This document shows, in pieces, positions 60,249-64,000 of a stretch of DNA of 64,000 nucleotides. Under the pieces are notes generated by a model. It was given only the letters and a program-made list of their open reading frames with translations, made no database searches and had not been told where the DNA came from. Origin of the DNA: an uncultured Bacteroidales bacterium (GTDB taxonomy: Bacteria > Bacteroidota > Bacteroidia > Bacteroidales > CHK158-818); the NCBI GenBank assembly GCA_949300615.1, contig CASGEW010000002.1, positions 4,562 through 68,561 on the forward strand, written 5' to 3'. Made by a program: the position numbers and the translations under genes. The first letter of the stretch is position 1; every line of letters begins with the position of its first letter.

Positions 60249-60295
60249 TTTTCCACCTCCAATCTTTATGGTTCGATTCATAAAAACAAAATGCC

Positions 60296-60643
60296 ATGTT
60301 AGAATTTTTATCTATTGTTATGCTGGTATTCGGCATATTACAAATTATTCTATTCTTCAAGATATGGGGAATGACGAACGATGTAAAAAAATTAACGAAC
60401 CATTTTCTATATTCTCAAAAAGATACTACTGAGACAATAAAAAAAATCTATAGTTACGATAAGGATAACAGAAGAGAATATGACAAAAAACTTGAAAAGA
60501 TCAAACCAAATGATAAAGTCATACGCATTTCAGATAATACAGAAATGATAGTTGATTGTATCGAAAATGGAAAATTCTTTTGTAAGGCAAATTCCTTAGA
60601 AGGGTATAAATGGTATTCAATATATGAAATAAAAACCTTGTAA
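60296..60643 (+). CDS. Hypothetical small membrane-anchored protein
   Basis: 115 aa. One N-terminal TM helix (FLSIVMLVFGILQIILFFKIW), then a K/D/E-rich linker and a small C-terminal domain. AT-rich codon usage like its neighbour. Confidence 0.5.
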   Translation: MLEFLSIVMLVFGILQIILFFKIWGMTNDVKKLTNHFLYSQKDTTETIKKIYSYDKDNRREYDKKLEKIKPNDKVIRISDNTEMIVDCIENGKFFCKANSLEGYKWYSIYEIKTL

Positions 60644-60672
60644 AACAATTTTCCCCCATTCCTTATGTTTCA

Positions 60673-60720
60673 AAATACAAATACCAAACAATAAGTTTAT
60701 TGTTTGGTATTTGTATTTTT
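60673..60720 (+). terminator. Terminator, 22 bp perfect inverted repeat
   Basis: AAATACAAATACCAAACAATAA gt TTATTGTTTGGTATTTGTATTT followed by TT. Confidence 0.65.
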
Positions 60721-61026
60721 TCGATGTTAATTAATAGGCATATATAAGTAATCTATATATTAAAAATTTGGAGAGAATGTATAGCATATTTTATATACAC
60801 ACCTCCCAACAATAAGAATTTATAATGACTTACAAATTGGAATCGGTAATGGGGATTTCCCAAAACCTACAATTCCACAAAAGGGTTTATAAGATTTATA
60901 CATATCTAATATTCAAATAATTGATGTAAAAAAGACGAAATATCTACGATAAATCCTTTACAAATATGCGATAGGCTCAAAACTAATGGCTAACTTTATC
61001 ACCAGATTTTAAAGAATCAAATTCAA

Positions 61027-63738
61027 ATGAAAAACACGATACATTACAACTGCACTTTTATGTATATTCAGAAATTTTCCTTTTTGATTTTATCCACATT
61101 ATTGAGCATAAACGTTAGTGGACAAGAAAACGTTACAAATGCTTTTCAGGATTTGCAACGCACGGGAATGGTGCAAGAAGATCAGTCCATCATGCGGAAG
61201 ACGGCATCTGATCAACAAGTAAAGGCGTTGATACAAAAACGACCGGATGCCGGTTTCTTTTGCTTTACGGAAGACCGTGATCATGATATCCGGTTGAAAG
61301 ACCGAATTCCCCTTCGCTGGATTGAACGGCCAGAAAAAGAGCGTTCCGTGTTTAAAGGAAACGCTTTGCCCGGTGAATTTTATACCTGGCAAATCGGATT
61401 GTACGCTCCGTACAATAAACTGGAACATATATCGGTCTCTTTTTCTGATTTAAAGAACGAACGCGGTGATAAAATCAAGGCTTCTGCTTTGACCTGTTTC
61501 AACACACATGGAATCGACAAATATGGTAAAACGATTCAAATCCCTGTCCAGGTAGAGAAAGGTGAGGTACAACCGCTTTGGATAGGGGTGGATATCCCCA
61601 CTCATGCTACGAGTGTTTACAAAGGGAATGTATGGATTCATGCAAACGATAAACAGAAAGCATGTGTTTCCGTCGAATTACAGGTCAAAGGAGATGTAAT
61701 TGCCAACCAGGGGGATAATGAAGGGTGGAGAAAAACCCGGCTCCGCTGGCTCAATGCAACGATAGGAAATGACGATAAGCCAACGGCTCCTTATATACCC
61801 GTTACGGTAAAAGATAACGTCTTAACCTGGCTTGGCGGAAAGGTTCACCTGTCCTCTACCGGTTTGCCATCTTCCATCACCACCTGCTACGATGCCAATA
61901 ATAATCTATCGGATGCTACGAATGAAATATTGGCAGGAGAAATGAGATTCATCATTGAAACTGATCGAGGGGAAGAGATGCTGAAAGGAGGAAAGGTGCG
62001 GATATTGAAACAAAGCCAAACGAATATTACATGGTGTTCCGAACCATCCAACTCCCGTTTCCAGGTCAGGTGTAGCGGAGATTTCGGATTTGATGGCATC
62101 AGCAACCTCTCAATCCAGGTAAAAGCCAAACAACCGGTTTCGGTGAAAGATATCCGACTGGAAGTTCCTTATTCCGGCTATGCCTCTAAATACATGATGG
62201 GATTAGGACATAAGGGCGGTTTTCGTCCGGATACTTTAATTTCCTGGAACTGGGATATAGAAAAGCATCAGGATAAGATATGGATGGGAAATGTCAATGC
62301 CGGGATGAATTTACGATTCATGGATGACCATTTCGTCCGTCCGCTGGTCAATATCTACTATGCCCTTGGTAAACTAAATCTTCCGGAATCATGGGGCAAT
62401 CAGAACAAGGGCGGAATAAACATCTACCCTACCGCCCATGAAACGACCCGATTGGTAGCTTACAGCGGCGAACGTCGGATGGAGAAAGGTGAGAAGTTAT
62501 ATTATAACTTTGATATGCAAATCACGCCGGTTAAACCCATTAACTGGAAAAAACAGATAACCAACCGGTTCTATCATTCCAATTCCGATATGAGTGCCAA
62601 CTATGTGGACGAAGCCCTCAAAAACGGAGCCAACCTGATTAATGTGCATCACAAAAAGGATATTTATCCTTTCATCAATTATCCGTATCACGACGATGCA
62701 GTTTCTGACCTGAGAGCTTTTATCCAAAAAGCACATCAGAAGAATCTGGGCGTCCGTTTATATTATACAACGCGCGAACTGACGGTTAAGATTCCGGAAC
62801 TATGGGCTTTACGGAGCTTGGGAAATGAAGTAATACATGATGGGCCGGGAAAAGATACACGTACACTGATCCACCCGAACGGGCCGAACGAATGGTTAAA
62901 TAAGTATCTGGGCACGCACTTCATTCCTGCCTGGTATAATGCCTTTAATGAGGGGAAATATGCCGGAGATATGGACATTTCCGTCATTACAACTCCTGAC
63001 TCCCGGTGGAACAACTACTACCTGGCAGGATTAGACTGGATGGTCAAGAACTTAGGTATCGACGGTATCTATATCGACGATAGTGCCTTAGACCGGAAAA
63101 CCATCCAACGTGCCCGCAGGATTCTTGATTCGGACGGGAAAGAACGATTGATTGATATTCACTCCTGGAATCACATGAATCAATGGGCGGGCTTTGCCAA
63201 CTCGCTTCATCTATATACGGAATTGCTTCCTTACGTAGATCGTACATGGATCGGCGAAGGCTTCTCGGCAAACAATACGGCAGATTTTTGGTTGATAGAG
63301 ATGTCCGGTATTCCTTTCGGGCTGCTTAGTGAAACGTTAGACGCCCAGAATCAATTCAGAGGATTGATATATGGGATGTTGCCCCGTTTACCATGGAGCG
63401 GGAATCCGGTTCCGCTTTGGAATTTATTCGATCAGTTTGATATGAAGGATGCATCCATCCGCGGATACTGGGATGAACAGTGTCCTGTCAAAACAGACAA
63501 TAAGGATTTACCTGCCACGGTATTTGTCAACGGAGATAAAGCATTGGTCGTTATCGCTAACTGGACCGATCTGCCTCAAACAGCCCAAATACAGATTGAT
63601 GAAAAAGCCCTTGGATTCAAACCGGGGAAGTTCATCTTGCCTGAAATCAGAAATCTTCAATGGGGTGGGAAGCTATCCAACCTGAGCCATTGTGAAATCC
63701 TGGGTAGAAGTGGCCTGATCGTTTGGTTAGAAAAGTAA
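61027..63738 (+). CDS. Large secreted protein, putative glycoside-hydrolase-like (family uncertain, possibly DUF4091/DUF6067-type)
   Basis: 903 aa uninterrupted ORF. The likely true start is MYIQKFSFLILSTLLSINVSGQ at 61060 (signal peptide). The central region looks like a TIM barrel (GIDGIYIDDSALD). The functional call is weak. Confidence 0.5.
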   Translation: MKNTIHYNCTFMYIQKFSFLILSTLLSINVSGQENVTNAFQDLQRTGMVQEDQSIMRKTASDQQVKALIQKRPDAGFFCFTEDRDHDIRLKDRIPLRWIERPEKERSVFKGNALPGEFYTWQIGLYAPYNKLEHISVSFSDLKNERGDKIKASALTCFNTHGIDKYGKTIQIPVQVEKGEVQPLWIGVDIPTHATSVYKGNVWIHANDKQKACVSVELQVKGDVIANQGDNEGWRKTRLRWLNATIGNDDKPTAPYIPVTVKDNVLTWLGGKVHLSSTGLPSSITTCYDANNNLSDATNEILAGEMRFIIETDRGEEMLKGGKVRILKQSQTNITWCSEPSNSRFQVRCSGDFGFDGISNLSIQVKAKQPVSVKDIRLEVPYSGYASKYMMGLGHKGGFRPDTLISWNWDIEKHQDKIWMGNVNAGMNLRFMDDHFVRPLVNIYYALGKLNLPESWGNQNKGGINIYPTAHETTRLVAYSGERRMEKGEKLYYNFDMQITPVKPINWKKQITNRFYHSNSDMSANYVDEALKNGANLINVHHKKDIYPFINYPYHDDAVSDLRAFIQKAHQKNLGVRLYYTTRELTVKIPELWALRSLGNEVIHDGPGKDTRTLIHPNGPNEWLNKYLGTHFIPAWYNAFNEGKYAGDMDISVITTPDSRWNNYYLAGLDWMVKNLGIDGIYIDDSALDRKTIQRARRILDSDGKERLIDIHSWNHMNQWAGFANSLHLYTELLPYVDRTWIGEGFSANNTADFWLIEMSGIPFGLLSETLDAQNQFRGLIYGMLPRLPWSGNPVPLWNLFDQFDMKDASIRGYWDEQCPVKTDNKDLPATVFVNGDKALVVIANWTDLPQTAQIQIDEKALGFKPGKFILPEIRNLQWGGKLSNLSHCEILGRSGLIVWLEK

Positions 63739-64000
63739 GTTTAATGATTCAGTCATAACTCTCTAACTGTTTTCCGCCAATCTGTAACTTTTTTCTCGAT
63801 GCGGAAAGACAAGGCCCCGAAAGGCTGGATGTTGCCCAAAACATTGAGCCTTATCTACAACTTGAACGAAACGGCCCCGATGGCGGACATCGGTTGTATG
63901 ACAGAAAGAAAATGCATGGTGCTGGCACAAAATGTCCCCCGATAAGGCGATTCAAGCATTTATCTTCTCATAGGACAACCGATTATTATCTGATAATAAA

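Noticed and set aside
59378-61026. Intact prophage or integrative element inserted at tRNA-Arg
   Set aside because: There is no integrase, excisionase, structural or replication gene. No direct repeat of the tRNA 3' end is visible in the window. Only a compositional shift and two small genes support foreign origin, so I report it only as a possible remnant islet.

Overview
This 64 kb chromosomal window looks like Bacteroidota, probably Bacteroidales. Three things support that call. Most intergenic regions carry the Bacteroides-type -7 promoter motif TAnnTTTG. The ilv operon has an embedded acyl-ACP thioesterase. The rnf operon is preceded by rseC. I had no database search, so every product call rests on motifs I recognised in the translated ORFs and on gene context.

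The content is mostly housekeeping:
- trkA-trkH
- ftsK-lolA-trxB
- a BNR/sialidase-fold protein, a putative porin and a family-3 solute-binding-domain protein
- a YcaQ/AlkZ-like DNA glycosylase
- rseC-rnfBCDGEA
- a 6TM K+ channel
- ilvE
- msrB-msrA
- ilvD-ilvB-ilvN-thioesterase-ilvC on the minus strand
- ettA
- a GH2 beta-galactosidase
- ogt
- a seven-gene sulfate-activation and sulfotransferase operon (cysQ, SLC13 permease, cysC, cysD, cysN, sulfotransferase, secreted protein)
- a BamA/TamA-family outer membrane protein
- tRNA-Arg(TCT), followed by a visibly AT-rich segment of about 1.65 kb carrying a Bor-like lipoprotein gene

The observations most worth a second look are:
1. An unannotated 32-codon Leu/Val-rich leader ORF, with an antiterminator/terminator switch, upstream of ilvD.
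2. A translationally coupled trio of unknown role: an ACP-like protein lacking the carrier Ser, a divergent GT2-like protein and a glutamine-dependent AsnB-like amidotransferase. A META-MliC lipoprotein follows it.
3. A CysN with a degenerate APS-kinase-like C-terminal domain, inside a sulfotransferase cluster that resembles the Bacteroides steroid-sulfonation locus.
4. A DUF418-like membrane protein with an internally repetitive low-complexity insertion of about 240 aa.

I saw no CRISPR array, rRNA, transposase, integrase or recognisable defence system.
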